Origin: Gemmatimonadota bacterium
Lineage (GTDB): Bacteria > JBHIER01 > G020348925
Length of the DNA stretch: 64,000 nucleotides
Reading direction: 5' to 3'
Assembly (NCBI GenBank): GCA_020348925.1
Contig: CP070758.1
Coordinates: 2,020,030 to 2,084,029, forward strand
A model generated the notes under the pieces. The model was not told the origin of the DNA. It was given only the letters and a program-made list of their open reading frames with translations, and ran no database searches. Each line of letters opens with the position of its first letter. The stretch's first letter is position 1. Both the position numbers and the translations under genes were made by a program. Of the stretch, positions 1 through 8,570 are shown piece after piece.

Positions 1-532
1 GCTCGACAAAACCTACTAACCGCTCGTCCAGGTGCTGAATACCTGTGAGGTAATGCAACACGCGCTCATCTATTCTGATTGGACTCCGGGTGATTCCTCC
101 CTCAACTCCTACCTCGACGAGGCGCCAGTGGCGCAAAGGGCCGGCGGGTGTGATGGCGCTCCAGTGCGGTTCCGGCAAGGCTGCCAGCGCCAGGTTAAAG
201 GTAGGATAGGTTCGTCTTGGGTCCTTCTGGACTTCGGCACAGAGCATCCCAAGGGAAGCATCCAGTTCCACACCCGCACATAGCAGGAGCACATTCCGCT
301 CAAAGGGCGACAGTCCGAACATATTACATAGGATTTCCAGTGCCGGTGGTGAAGACATAGCTGCGGATAATTCCTGGAGGTCTTGTTGTTTCGACCCGGC
401 TGGTTCAACAGCCACTGACGTATCCCGGGAAGACACCGCCTGTTGCTCCAACACCTGACGCACTTCGGCCAGGGCCGCCATCAGGTGGCGTTGATTGGCC
501 TTGTTCCAGTCGTTTGTCGGTCTATTGCTCAT
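1..532 (-). CDS. eCIS-associated AAA+ ATPase (Pvc15/Afp15-like), N-terminal part only; runs off the window start
   Basis: Not in the ORF track. Manual translation from the ATG at 532 (overlapping the DUF4255 stop, ATGA) is open to position 1: MSNRPTNDWNKANQRHLMAALAEVRQVLEQ...PPALEILCNMFGLSPFERNVLLLCAGVELDASLG...PTFNLALAALPEPHWSAITPAGPLRHWRLVEV...IRIDERVLHYLTG. This resembles the N-terminus of ATPases found next to DUF4255. Walker motifs lie outside the window. Confidence 0.75.
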   Translation of the reverse strand, partial: MSNRPTNDWNKANQRHLMAALAEVRQVLEQQAVSSRDTSVAVEPAGSKQQDLQELSAAMSSPPALEILCNMFGLSPFERNVLLLCAGVELDASLGMLCAEVQKDPRRTYPTFNLALAALPEPHWSAITPAGPLRHWRLVEVGVEGGITRSPIRIDERVLHYLTGIQHLDERLVGFVE

Positions 533-1743
533 GGGATCGTTACCGTCGGTCCAAAATGTGAGCTTGCTGGATCCAAGTCTATGGGACTTTCAGCGCCGTC
601 TACCTGTAATCGTACGAAGTACTCTGCGGATTTGACGCCGCTGATTGGAATCTGGATCGAGCCGGTGTCCGCCGTGCGCGTGGGTGCAACAAAGGAGTAG
701 GCAGCAGGTTCAGTCGTTGACCGCTCATTGAGGAGTAAGACCACTCGTTGCTCCTTACCGACATCAGGATCCACTTGCAGGGAAACCTCAGTGCTCGAAG
801 CACTGATTGAAGTAATCGTCGGGTGCAGGACGAAGGCCGCCACATTCGATTCCACGCCGCGATGTTCAACCGGCGGTGTACCCATCAACATCTTCTGAAC
901 AACCTGTACACCGTGCACGCCTGCTCGCAGCACGTCAGCAGGAAGTGGAGGTGAGGCAAGCTGCAAGCTGATCCGTGTATCGCTCACTTCTTGAGGTGTT
1001 ACCTCTTCACCGAAGATCAAAATCCGTGTAACGTCGCCTTTCAACTGTCTGCCCTGAATAATCAGCGTACTGCCTGCCACCACTGGCTGTCTCTCCCCTG
1101 CCTGGGGAAAAACCCGTTCGATGACCGGCCGGCGAAAAGGAACGACGTAGAGATTGCGGTCGAGCACAGGCAGCGGTGTTTGAGGCGTCACCTCGCTCTC
1201 TATCAAGACAACGGTTCCCTGATAAGAGACCGATAGAACATACGGTGTTTGGAAGAATACCGACCACAGCTTGGACAGTTCTTCAAGAGAGAAGGGGATG
1301 GGCGCAAACTTGATCAGCTCGACCTCGTCAGCGAGGTTCGATCCTGCCAGGAAGGTTAGGCTGGCTACCGTATTTTGAATCATTTGTCTTGTGAGAATCG
1401 GTCGGGCATGCAACGTTCGGACAACGCTTCCCAGCAGGCGCTGCGGCTCCAATTCCTCCTCAATACCACTGAAGGTGAGCAGATAGTGAAGGTCCAGGGC
1501 TACTTGCGGGCGCTGCATGAGCCCTCCCTCGGAGCCGCGGGTGGGTAAATCCGAGTTGCGCCAGGCGGCATTGGGTGTAACCTGATATAGAAAAACATTT
1601 ACTCCTGTGGCCGGTGTGTCGTTTCCCAATTCGTTTGGTGAAACTGTTGTAACCTGTGCACCAGATACATCTACGCTCACAACCGCCTCCAATAGCTGAC
1701 GAAGCGTCGCGGTCACGGTAGCAATGGCCAGAAAATTGCTCAT
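529..1743 (-). CDS. DUF4255 / Pvc16-like protein with C-terminal IPT/TIG-like Ig domains
   Basis: MSNFLAIATVTATLRQLL...VNVFLYQVTPNAAWRNSDLP...LDLHYLLT...EELSKLWSVF...SVSYQGTVVLIE is typical of Pvc16_N/DUF4255; sits in a tail-gene operon. Confidence 0.85.
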   Translation of the reverse strand: MSNFLAIATVTATLRQLLEAVVSVDVSGAQVTTVSPNELGNDTPATGVNVFLYQVTPNAAWRNSDLPTRGSEGGLMQRPQVALDLHYLLTFSGIEEELEPQRLLGSVVRTLHARPILTRQMIQNTVASLTFLAGSNLADEVELIKFAPIPFSLEELSKLWSVFFQTPYVLSVSYQGTVVLIESEVTPQTPLPVLDRNLYVVPFRRPVIERVFPQAGERQPVVAGSTLIIQGRQLKGDVTRILIFGEEVTPQEVSDTRISLQLASPPLPADVLRAGVHGVQVVQKMLMGTPPVEHRGVESNVAAFVLHPTITSISASSTEVSLQVDPDVGKEQRVVLLLNERSTTEPAAYSFVAPTRTADTGSIQIPISGVKSAEYFVRLQVDGAESPIDLDPASSHFGPTVTIP

Positions 1744-2489
1744 CGCTCTCCCCTCTTGCGTTGGTTCAAGTACTCACCCAGAGACAGCGTTGGTCGAGGA
1801 TGAGGATGTATTTCCCTGCGCTTCGGTTGTACAGGTTGAGAAATAGCTCTTACTTCGACGCGGCCGATGGTGACTTGAAGGGCAGGTTGCGTATCAGATG
1901 GTTCTTCATTGGGAATATGTTCAACGCATTCCATTGGACCGATGATATGAGGCTGGACAACGATATTTGCGGAATTCGCTATATCTTGTAAAGGGATCAC
2001 AGTCGGACTCGGTGTCACCTGTACAGAAGGTTGGGGTGTGTCTCGTACAATATCTTCTTTGACCTCATCTTGCATCGGTACGACCTGACTTTCAATACCA
2101 AGCTGTTGTTCAGTCTTTTCAGTCTCTTCGATGAATTTCGTTGTTATCTCAGTTTCCTGGAGAACGTTTGCAGGCTGCTCATAGTGTGATATCCTTTCCG
2201 TATGGAAGGTATTGAAAGAGTGATTTTCCTGTCCCAGGTTTTGTGATTGAACAGTCCTGCTGGGGGGTTGATCTTTTGAAGCTTCGGTTTGACCCGGGCG
2301 TTGGACATAGTCATCGAAAGGTTGCCTCGAAAACGAAGGTTTGTTCCCGGTCACATCAGAATAAGAGAGATACGGCTGATGAGCCATGTCCTCAGAGTGC
2401 AATGGCTCAAACAATGAAGTCGGTCTGGGCTGAAGTACTTCAAGCCGGTCGAGACTTCTTGCAATAAGATTGCTGAGATAATCGTTCAT
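1740..2489 (-). CDS. Conserved hypothetical protein of eCIS loci, with a low-complexity P/Q/E-rich centre
   Basis: N-terminal YLSNLIARSL..LQPRPTSLFEP and C-terminal QVTIGRVEVRA...LSLGEYLNQR motifs; 4-bp overlaps with both neighbours. Confidence 0.65.
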   Translation of the reverse strand: MNDYLSNLIARSLDRLEVLQPRPTSLFEPLHSEDMAHQPYLSYSDVTGNKPSFSRQPFDDYVQRPGQTEASKDQPPSRTVQSQNLGQENHSFNTFHTERISHYEQPANVLQETEITTKFIEETEKTEQQLGIESQVVPMQDEVKEDIVRDTPQPSVQVTPSPTVIPLQDIANSANIVVQPHIIGPMECVEHIPNEEPSDTQPALQVTIGRVEVRAISQPVQPKRREIHPHPRPTLSLGEYLNQRKRGER

Positions 2490-3220
2490 TCTTGTATCAA
2501 ATCCATATAAATCTGCCGTCGCACTGGACTCAATGTCAAGATATCGTTTTCACACCAGCCATAGGTGGAGGCCAAGATGTGCACTTCACGGAGAAGCCGC
2601 TTTGTCAAGGCACTGACCTCGCTCCAGAAAAAAGAGACGATGTCAAAAAATGCATTCCACTTGTGGCCACAGGCTGAACAGATAAGGGCTACTCGAACAT
2701 CTGCTTGAGGATCGACCTGGGCCATGTGTTTGATGACAGCTTGCATAATTCTCGGGGGTAATTCGTTGGCCGAGATTTCCTTGCCATGTTCACTGGTCTT
2801 CACAACACAACGTTCAAACAACATTTGCCGGGCTTGATCAATCTCCGTGGGATCCAATACTCCGTACAGGTCCAGACTGTTGGGCAAACGGAACCGCACA
2901 TTATACCCATCTGTTTCAAATGAGAATACGGCAGCCTCCCCTGCTGCAGATTCAATAAGAATATCCGTCACGTTAAAGGTAATTTCTAACCGTTCCTGAC
3001 ATTCCGGACATATAGCCATGCTGACAATCTTTGATCCGAAGATCATTTCACGCAGTTTTAACAGTTGCGCATCACGTTGGCCGATACTCATGCTGGACAA
3101 TGAGTCTCGCGAAATGTCAGGACATGCAGCTGCCAGAAGAGTCAATGCTCTTTCAATCGGTCTATGCGTATGCCCGTTTTCCCAGACGCTCAAAAGCTCC
3201 GATACTGAGAGTGATCGCAT
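2486..3220 (-). CDS. Phage baseplate/hub-assembly-like protein (T4 gp26-like) with two CxxC motifs
   Basis: CPEC and CSAC motifs, FRLPNSLDL, and C-terminal EVHILASTYGWCENDILTLSPVRRQIY; directly downstream of the tail tube gene. Confidence 0.6.
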   Translation of the reverse strand: MRSLSVSELLSVWENGHTHRPIERALTLLAAACPDISRDSLSSMSIGQRDAQLLKLREMIFGSKIVSMAICPECQERLEITFNVTDILIESAAGEAAVFSFETDGYNVRFRLPNSLDLYGVLDPTEIDQARQMLFERCVVKTSEHGKEISANELPPRIMQAVIKHMAQVDPQADVRVALICSACGHKWNAFFDIVSFFWSEVSALTKRLLREVHILASTYGWCENDILTLSPVRRQIYMDLIQE

Positions 3221-3225
3221 ATAAA

Positions 3226-3765
3226 CTATTCGGCTGGTTCAGTGAAGCTGGGCTCCGTCGGTTCGCCCACCGTGTAATCTCGTTCCCAACCCTCATTTTG
3301 TAAGGTGAGTGTTTGGATGGCCAAGGCATTGGCGCTGGCGTCCAATTCAGGCAGGGCCTGAAACTCGGAAACCCAGCAACGATACACATTGTAAGCGATG
3401 ACCACCTGGCCGGCCTCATTTAACACCTTGATAGTAATATTTTTCCTGAAATCCTTGAGTGAGACTTCAGCCTCCAGAAGGGAACCGTAGTTCCAGACCT
3501 TGTTGGCCCACTTCTCAAACTCCGTGTCGTGCGTGACACCGCGCTCCAATGTGATGGGCTCGTATTTGGTCTGGCCCGGGGATTTGCGCACGCTGCTCGG
3601 ATCGCCGCCTTCGCGATGCTCCACAACTTCACTGGTCCGTTTCAGGGCACCGACTTTGCTGATTCCCGCAACCGGGTCTGTTTTCCCCTCCCAGTAGACC
3701 AGGAATTTGAAATTCTTATACGGATCGAAACGTTGTGGATTTGTATTCACACTGAACTGTGCCAT
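3226..3765 (-). CDS. Phage tail tube protein (T4 gp19-like), eCIS
   Basis: DPYKNFKF...REGGDPSSVRKSPGQTKYEPITLERGVTHDTEFEKWANKVWNYG...YNVYRCWVSEFQALPELDA; AGGAGG RBS upstream. Confidence 0.92.
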   Translation of the reverse strand: MAQFSVNTNPQRFDPYKNFKFLVYWEGKTDPVAGISKVGALKRTSEVVEHREGGDPSSVRKSPGQTKYEPITLERGVTHDTEFEKWANKVWNYGSLLEAEVSLKDFRKNITIKVLNEAGQVVIAYNVYRCWVSEFQALPELDASANALAIQTLTLQNEGWERDYTVGEPTEPSFTEPAE

Positions 3766-3776
3766 GGAAATCCTCC

Positions 3777-4391
3777 TTAGGTTTCAATTTGTCCTGCAAT
3801 TTGCTGAATCTTGATGATCACGAACTCGGCCGGTTTCAAAGGCGCAAAACCGACCAGGATATTGACAATACCCAGGTTGATATCGTTCTGGGTCGTCGTT
3901 TCCTTGTCGCATTTGACGAAATATGCCTCTCTCGGTGTCGTCCCTTGAAACGCACCTTGACGGAAGAGATTATGCATAAAAGCTCCAACGTTAAGGCGGA
4001 TCTGCGACCAGAGCGGCTCGTCGTTTGGCTCGAAAACGACCCATTTGGTCCCGCGGTAGAGGCTCTCCTCGAGGTATAATGCGAGACGCCGAACGGGGAT
4101 GTATTTCCATTCCGAGGCCATTTGATCTGCCCCGTCCAAAGTGCGCGCCCCCCAGCAAATATTACCATAGATGTCAAAATTCCTGAGACAATTGATGCCC
4201 AATGGATTCAGTGTGCCGTTTTCCGCATCGGTTAGTGTATATTCAAGTTCTAAAACATTGCGTAGTGTCGCCTCAGTGCCAGCGGGAGCTTTCCACACAC
4301 CTCGCTCACTATCAATACGGGCGTACAGACCCGCAAGGGTTCCACTCGCACCAACAGGACGCAGACGGAAATCATTTAATGGATCGGCGAT
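3777..4391 (-). CDS. Contractile tail sheath protein, C-terminal part (5' end lost in gap)
   Basis: GVWKAPAG...WGARTL...EWKYIPVRRLALYLEESLYRGTKWVVFEPNDEPLW...AYFVKCDKETTTQNDINLGIVNILVGFAPLKPAEFV. Confidence 0.93.
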   Translation of the reverse strand: MADPLNDFRLRPVGASGTLAGLYARIDSERGVWKAPAGTEATLRNVLELEYTLTDAENGTLNPLGINCLRNFDIYGNICWGARTLDGADQMASEWKYIPVRRLALYLEESLYRGTKWVVFEPNDEPLWSQIRLNVGAFMHNLFRQGAFQGTTPREAYFVKCDKETTTQNDINLGIVNILVGFAPLKPAEFVIIKIQQIAGQIET

Positions 4392-4491
4392 NNNNNNNNN
4401 NNNNNNNNNNNNNNNNNNNNNNNNNNNNNNNNNNNNNNNNNNNNNNNNNNNNNNNNNNNNNNNNNNNNNNNNNNNNNNNNNNNNNNNNNNN
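4392..4491. other. Assembly gap / contig join (100 N)
   Basis: Run of exactly 100 N; unrelated sequence on either side. Confidence 0.98.
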
Positions 4492-4638
4492 AAGTGGTTT
4501 CTCCACAAGAAAGGACACAGACTTCTTTATTACTCACGCATATCGAACAAAGTGGACGTTGGAGCAGGCTGCGAAATGGACGGCGGAACATCCGAAGCGG
4601 CCCTCCGCATCCGCTGAGGATCTGACTTCGCACACGTT

Positions 4639-4676
4639 TCCAGATTTCGGAAGTTTTCACACTTCGGAAATCTGGA
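4639..4676. repeat. Short REP-like palindrome
   Basis: tccagatttcggaagt-tttcac-acttcggaaatctgga: 16-bp arms with one mismatch. Confidence 0.5.
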
Positions 4677-4739
4677 CCCTGGAGTGAAACGATTTATCGT
4701 TTGATCATATGCACTGATGAATCATTGCACGCCAAACAG

Positions 4740-4773
4740 AGGGCCGCCCCAATCACCTGATCGGAGCGGCCCT
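4740..4773 (-). terminator. Probable intrinsic terminator of the amylase gene
   Basis: GC-rich hairpin agggccgc...gcggccct about 50 bp past the stop; weak U-tract (TCTGTTT). Confidence 0.5.
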
Positions 4774-4820
4774 TGAAAGAAAATTCGAGAAAATATCAGG
4801 TACTCTTCGATTTTTCGACT

Positions 4821-7800
4821 TTATTTCATCAACACCATCCGCTTCGTCTCGGTAAAACTTCCAGCTTCAATCCGGTAAAAGTACACACCGCTGGGTAAAC
4901 CCGCCGCATCCCAGGTAACACGGTAATAGCCGGAATCCAATGTTTCGTCCACCAACACCTCCACCACCCCGCCCAGTGTATTGTACACCGTCACCCTGAC
5001 TTGGCTCTGCTCAGGAAGGCCAAAGTCAATACTCGTCTCAGGATTGAAAGGATTGGGATAGTTCTCCGACAACACAAACTCCTCGGGGACAACATTTTCC
5101 TTTGTCGCCAGCGGCCCGCGGAAACGTGGCGGACGCCTCACCTCCATGGTCACATCGTAGCTGTGAGAGATACTTCCATCATCACCGGTGATCGTCAATA
5201 TATAATCCCCCACCGGTGTTCCTCGCGTTACCTGAACCACCAACTGTACTGTTGTCGATCCACCTGGCGACACTGGGACAACTTCACTGGGATTAAAATA
5301 GTACCTTCTTGTTCCGAAAGGTAATCCTGTCACACTCAAAGTCACCGGATTATTGAAACAACCTAAAAATTTGATCGTCACATCGTACGTAGCCGTCCCC
5401 ACGAGCCCCATTAACCACTTCACCCTGGCCACATCGGGATCCGCTTCCACGCAACCGTCACATGGGTCCCCCATCCCATCCCCGTCGGAATCAGCCTGAT
5501 CAGGATTGTAATAATTCGGACAATTGTCAACATCAGCACAATACCCGTCGCCGTCGGAATCGCCGGTGGCGTCGTCTCCTATGCACTGGTCCATATCATC
5601 GCAGATACCGTCACCGTCAGAATCGCCGGTGGCATCGTCTCCCAAGCATTGGTCAAGATCGTCGCAAATGCCATCTCCATCGCCGTCGCCGGTGGCGTCA
5701 TCTCCTTCGCACTGATCGCAAACATCCCCGATTTCGTCACCATCACCATCCGACTGATTCTCGTTATTGTCATTGGGACAATTATCACACACATCACCAT
5801 GGGAATCATCGTCCGAATTCTCCTGTCCCGGATTGTACACACTGGGACAGTTGTCGATGAAATCCGGACGGCCGTCCCCATCATTGTCCGGCGAATACAC
5901 CCACACAGTGTAACTGCGTGCTGGGATCTCAAACTGGACATTTCCAGAACCGTCGACGACCATAAATGAAACTGAAGCATTTCCAATCACATCGACTAAG
6001 GCATCGCCGATATTGAGATCCATGGTTGTTACATTGACCCCATGCTTCACATTCAGCGCCTCACCGGCGAAGTTGATGGCCACCAGGACGTCGCGGCCCG
6101 ACGGCATTCCGCTCAGTTGATAGAACAGAGTCGTGGTCGCATAGCCGGTGGTGAACGTCTGGGTGTACGGCGTGCCGGTGCGGCTGAGATAATCCCTGTT
6201 GGGTGCCCCGTAGATGTGATTCCGGTGTACTTCAATTAGCTTATCAATCTTGTCCTTCAAGCCGCGGTTGTAATAATCGTAGTAGAAGACCGTGGGCAGG
6301 CCGACCTGATTGTTGGTGAGGATATACGCGTAGGCCAGAATGGGATCGTTATCGATGGGTTGACCGGGATCACGGGTATCGTGATTGTCGGTGAAGGTGC
6401 AGACGTTGAAGCCGCTGGCCCCGGCGGCGTCAACCATACCCGAGGTGAAGACATTGCGGGCATCGTAACCGAACTGGTCGCAGGCTGCCTCCAGGGCGTA
6501 GCGCAGGGAGAAATCGAAGGCACGGGGTGAGATGGCCGCCTTCGTATCACCGTCCATATTGGCCAGGACATTGTCGATCCAGCTCTTCAGCGTCCATGGA
6601 TTCCCGTCAAAAAACTCACCAACGACCATCCCTGGATCGATTCCATTATCATGGAGGTGATCGAGGAGATCGCCGGTGAACGCGTAGGCGAAATGCTTGA
6701 CGGCATCCATTCGATAGCCGCGAACTCCAACCGTATTCCACAACCAGCGGGTGAAATCCCGCAGCACTGTCTGGGTCGAAGCAACGGTCTGATCGTAATC
6801 GTAGAAGAACCAAGGCCAGTCCCAGTCGCCGGCCAACTGGGTCGGATTGCCGTTGGGCTTGAAATTCCACTGGTCCATGGCCCCCTGAGCGCTGGGCAAG
6901 TTGGTGAAGTCGGTCCAGGTCTGGTAGCCGACGGCCCACTGGATATCCTGATCAGAGGGGCTGTTGTCAAGATCATCGTACCACAGGCCATAGATGTGAT
7001 GGTCGGAGTAATTGCCACCCTGATTGTTCAGATAGACCCAGAGGGTATCATCACCGGAAAAATCGGACGAGGTAAGGGTCAGAGCAAACTCGTCAATAAT
7101 GCAGCCACCCACATCGTCAGTCTGGGCGAGCATATTGATACCCAGGGAGATGGTGTTGTTTCCTTGGCCGCAATCGCCACCACCATTGGGCTCGCTTTCG
7201 TTTTGATCGGGCATTCCCTGCCAGCTGACAGCATTGGTTTCCGTGTAGACTTTGTAGTCCATATAATCAAACCGAGCGTGCCACGAATGGGATCGAATCT
7301 TGAAGTAATATGTCCCCTCACCAAAACCATGAGGCGAACCGAGGGGAATGTAACAGCGGAATCGGTCGGAGGGATAGGGATTATCCCCGCCCTCGGCTTT
7401 CCACCACTCAAAATTTTCTATCCACCCTTCGACGGACGGATTATCCTCAGGGCTGCCGCCATCCCGGTGGTTGTATATCATGTCGGCCACGGCATTCAAT
7501 CCCTGGGGGTTGAACTCAGTGACCAGGGCATCGACGTCAGCGCGGGTGCCAAAACGGGTGGCACCACCTCCGTACTCACCCAGATCGTACAAATCCTTGG
7601 GATCGTAACCCATACTGTACATGCCCGAATTACCCCTGGACATCGGCGGTAGCCATACATATGTGAATCCCGCGTCCGCCAGATCGGCCGCTTTGAGCCG
7701 CAGCGTATCGGCCCAGACTTTACCGTCAGGGGTGCCGGGATAGTCCCAGTAAAATCCCTGCAGCATGAAATCCTGGGCCTGGATAGTATTGGAAAGAAGA

Positions 7801-7850
7801 ATACACAAACTCAATAACGACAACACGACAAGGCAAACAGACCGCTTCAT
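4821..7850 (-). CDS. Secreted GH13 alpha-amylase with enlarged domain B, TSP3 (thrombospondin type 3) Ca-binding repeats, an Ig-like domain and a T9SS-like/FlgD C-terminal domain
   Basis: Signal peptide; MLQGFYW, MGYDPKDLYDLGE, YNHR; catalytic GYRMDAVKH, VVGEFFD, FTDNHD; DNCP..NPxQxDxDxDxxGDxCD repeats; C-terminal LSENYPNPFNPETSI...SGVYFYRI...TKRMVLMK. Confidence 0.9.
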   Translation of the reverse strand: MKRSVCLVVLSLLSLCILLSNTIQAQDFMLQGFYWDYPGTPDGKVWADTLRLKAADLADAGFTYVWLPPMSRGNSGMYSMGYDPKDLYDLGEYGGGATRFGTRADVDALVTEFNPQGLNAVADMIYNHRDGGSPEDNPSVEGWIENFEWWKAEGGDNPYPSDRFRCYIPLGSPHGFGEGTYYFKIRSHSWHARFDYMDYKVYTETNAVSWQGMPDQNESEPNGGGDCGQGNNTISLGINMLAQTDDVGGCIIDEFALTLTSSDFSGDDTLWVYLNNQGGNYSDHHIYGLWYDDLDNSPSDQDIQWAVGYQTWTDFTNLPSAQGAMDQWNFKPNGNPTQLAGDWDWPWFFYDYDQTVASTQTVLRDFTRWLWNTVGVRGYRMDAVKHFAYAFTGDLLDHLHDNGIDPGMVVGEFFDGNPWTLKSWIDNVLANMDGDTKAAISPRAFDFSLRYALEAACDQFGYDARNVFTSGMVDAAGASGFNVCTFTDNHDTRDPGQPIDNDPILAYAYILTNNQVGLPTVFYYDYYNRGLKDKIDKLIEVHRNHIYGAPNRDYLSRTGTPYTQTFTTGYATTTLFYQLSGMPSGRDVLVAINFAGEALNVKHGVNVTTMDLNIGDALVDVIGNASVSFMVVDGSGNVQFEIPARSYTVWVYSPDNDGDGRPDFIDNCPSVYNPGQENSDDDSHGDVCDNCPNDNNENQSDGDGDEIGDVCDQCEGDDATGDGDGDGICDDLDQCLGDDATGDSDGDGICDDMDQCIGDDATGDSDGDGYCADVDNCPNYYNPDQADSDGDGMGDPCDGCVEADPDVARVKWLMGLVGTATYDVTIKFLGCFNNPVTLSVTGLPFGTRRYYFNPSEVVPVSPGGSTTVQLVVQVTRGTPVGDYILTITGDDGSISHSYDVTMEVRRPPRFRGPLATKENVVPEEFVLSENYPNPFNPETSIDFGLPEQSQVRVTVYNTLGGVVEVLVDETLDSGYYRVTWDAAGLPSGVYFYRIEAGSFTETKRMVLMK
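5529..5717 (-). repeat. Three tandem 63-bp (21-aa) coding repeats DQCxGDDATGDxDGDG(I/Y)C within the TSP3 region
   Basis: DQC codons recur at 5717, 5654 and 5591 (63-bp period). Confidence 0.85.
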
Positions 7851-7991
7851 GAAAATCCTCCTTGTGGTTCGATAAAAGACGGGTTGAAAAATTTCATTCG
7901 ATTGACAATGGTTCTATTCAAGAGAGAGTTTTTTAAAAACGATGAAAACCGACAGATCTCCCACAGCCTCTGCCCTTCATTATGCATCTCT

Positions 7992-8020
7992 AAATTAGAG
8001 CGCTGTCTGAGACTTGTCAA
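7992..8020 (-). promoter_or_regulatory. Putative sigma70 promoter of the amylase gene
   Basis: TTGACA-N17-TAATTT on the minus strand. Confidence 0.55.
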
Positions 8021-8235
8021 GGATTTTTTCTGAGCAGTGCAAGCTGCATTCAGAAAGAGTTCAAAGAAAGAATCTCCTCGAACTCCTCTTTCTATCAGAT
8101 CCTCCGCATCCGCGTCGTGCCTTACTCCTCACGATACTTCACTGCGTGCTCCGGAAGTCAGAAACGTTCCGAGCTTCCCCTATTGAATAGAACAAAAAAA
8201 GACGGAAAGAGAGAAATAAGTCCTGAAAAAAAGAG

Positions 8236-8308
8236 AGCGGATGACGGGAATCGGACCCGCGACCCTCAGCTTGGGAAGCTGATGCTCTACCAACTGAGCT
8301 ACATCCGC
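8236..8308 (-). tRNA. tRNA-Gly(CCC), CCA not encoded
   Basis: GCGGATG-TA-GCTC AGTTGGTA GAGC-A-TCAGC TTCCCAA GCTGA-GGGTC-GCGGG TCCGATT CCCGT-CATCCGC-T: full cloverleaf with U73 discriminator. Confidence 0.93.
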
Positions 8309-8319
8309 TCGAAGATTTG

Positions 8320-8348
8320 AAAATACACGTTTTTGTATACGCTGTCAA
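8320..8348 (-). promoter_or_regulatory. Putative sigma70 promoter of tRNA-Gly
   Basis: TTGACA-N17-TATTTT ending 12 bp upstream of the tRNA 5' end. Confidence 0.6.
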
Positions 8349-8570
8349 GAAAAATCTGAGCCGACGTGACTCAGGGTTCAGAGAAATTCAAGAACAATCG
8401 GGACACAAACGGAGACGTCACTATGAAAGTGAGGCCTTTGGTTTCTCCTGAAAAATAGTACGGATGTTTTGCTCCAGACGGAATTGGAATTCACATCTTC
8501 TTATTTCATTCATCCCCACGTCTCAGTGCCACGGTGGTGAATATCCAGGATCGTAAAAAACAGAACCATA

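Noticed and set aside
1-4391. Prophage or T6SS interpretation of the tail genes
   Set aside because: No head, packaging or integrase genes and no TssJLM/ClpV-type genes are visible; DUF4255 plus the ATPase point to eCIS
3777-4687. ORFs spanning the first N-run (3777-4508, 4171-4617, 4202-4687, 4376-4660)
   Set aside because: Read-through of the 100-N spacer joins unrelated contigs. Only 3777-4391 (sheath) is supported; the fragment right of the gap could not be identified.
8236-8308. tRNA-Gly (or tRNA-Arg at 44298) as an island integration site
   Set aside because: No integrase and no duplicated tRNA 3' end was noticed in the respective contigs
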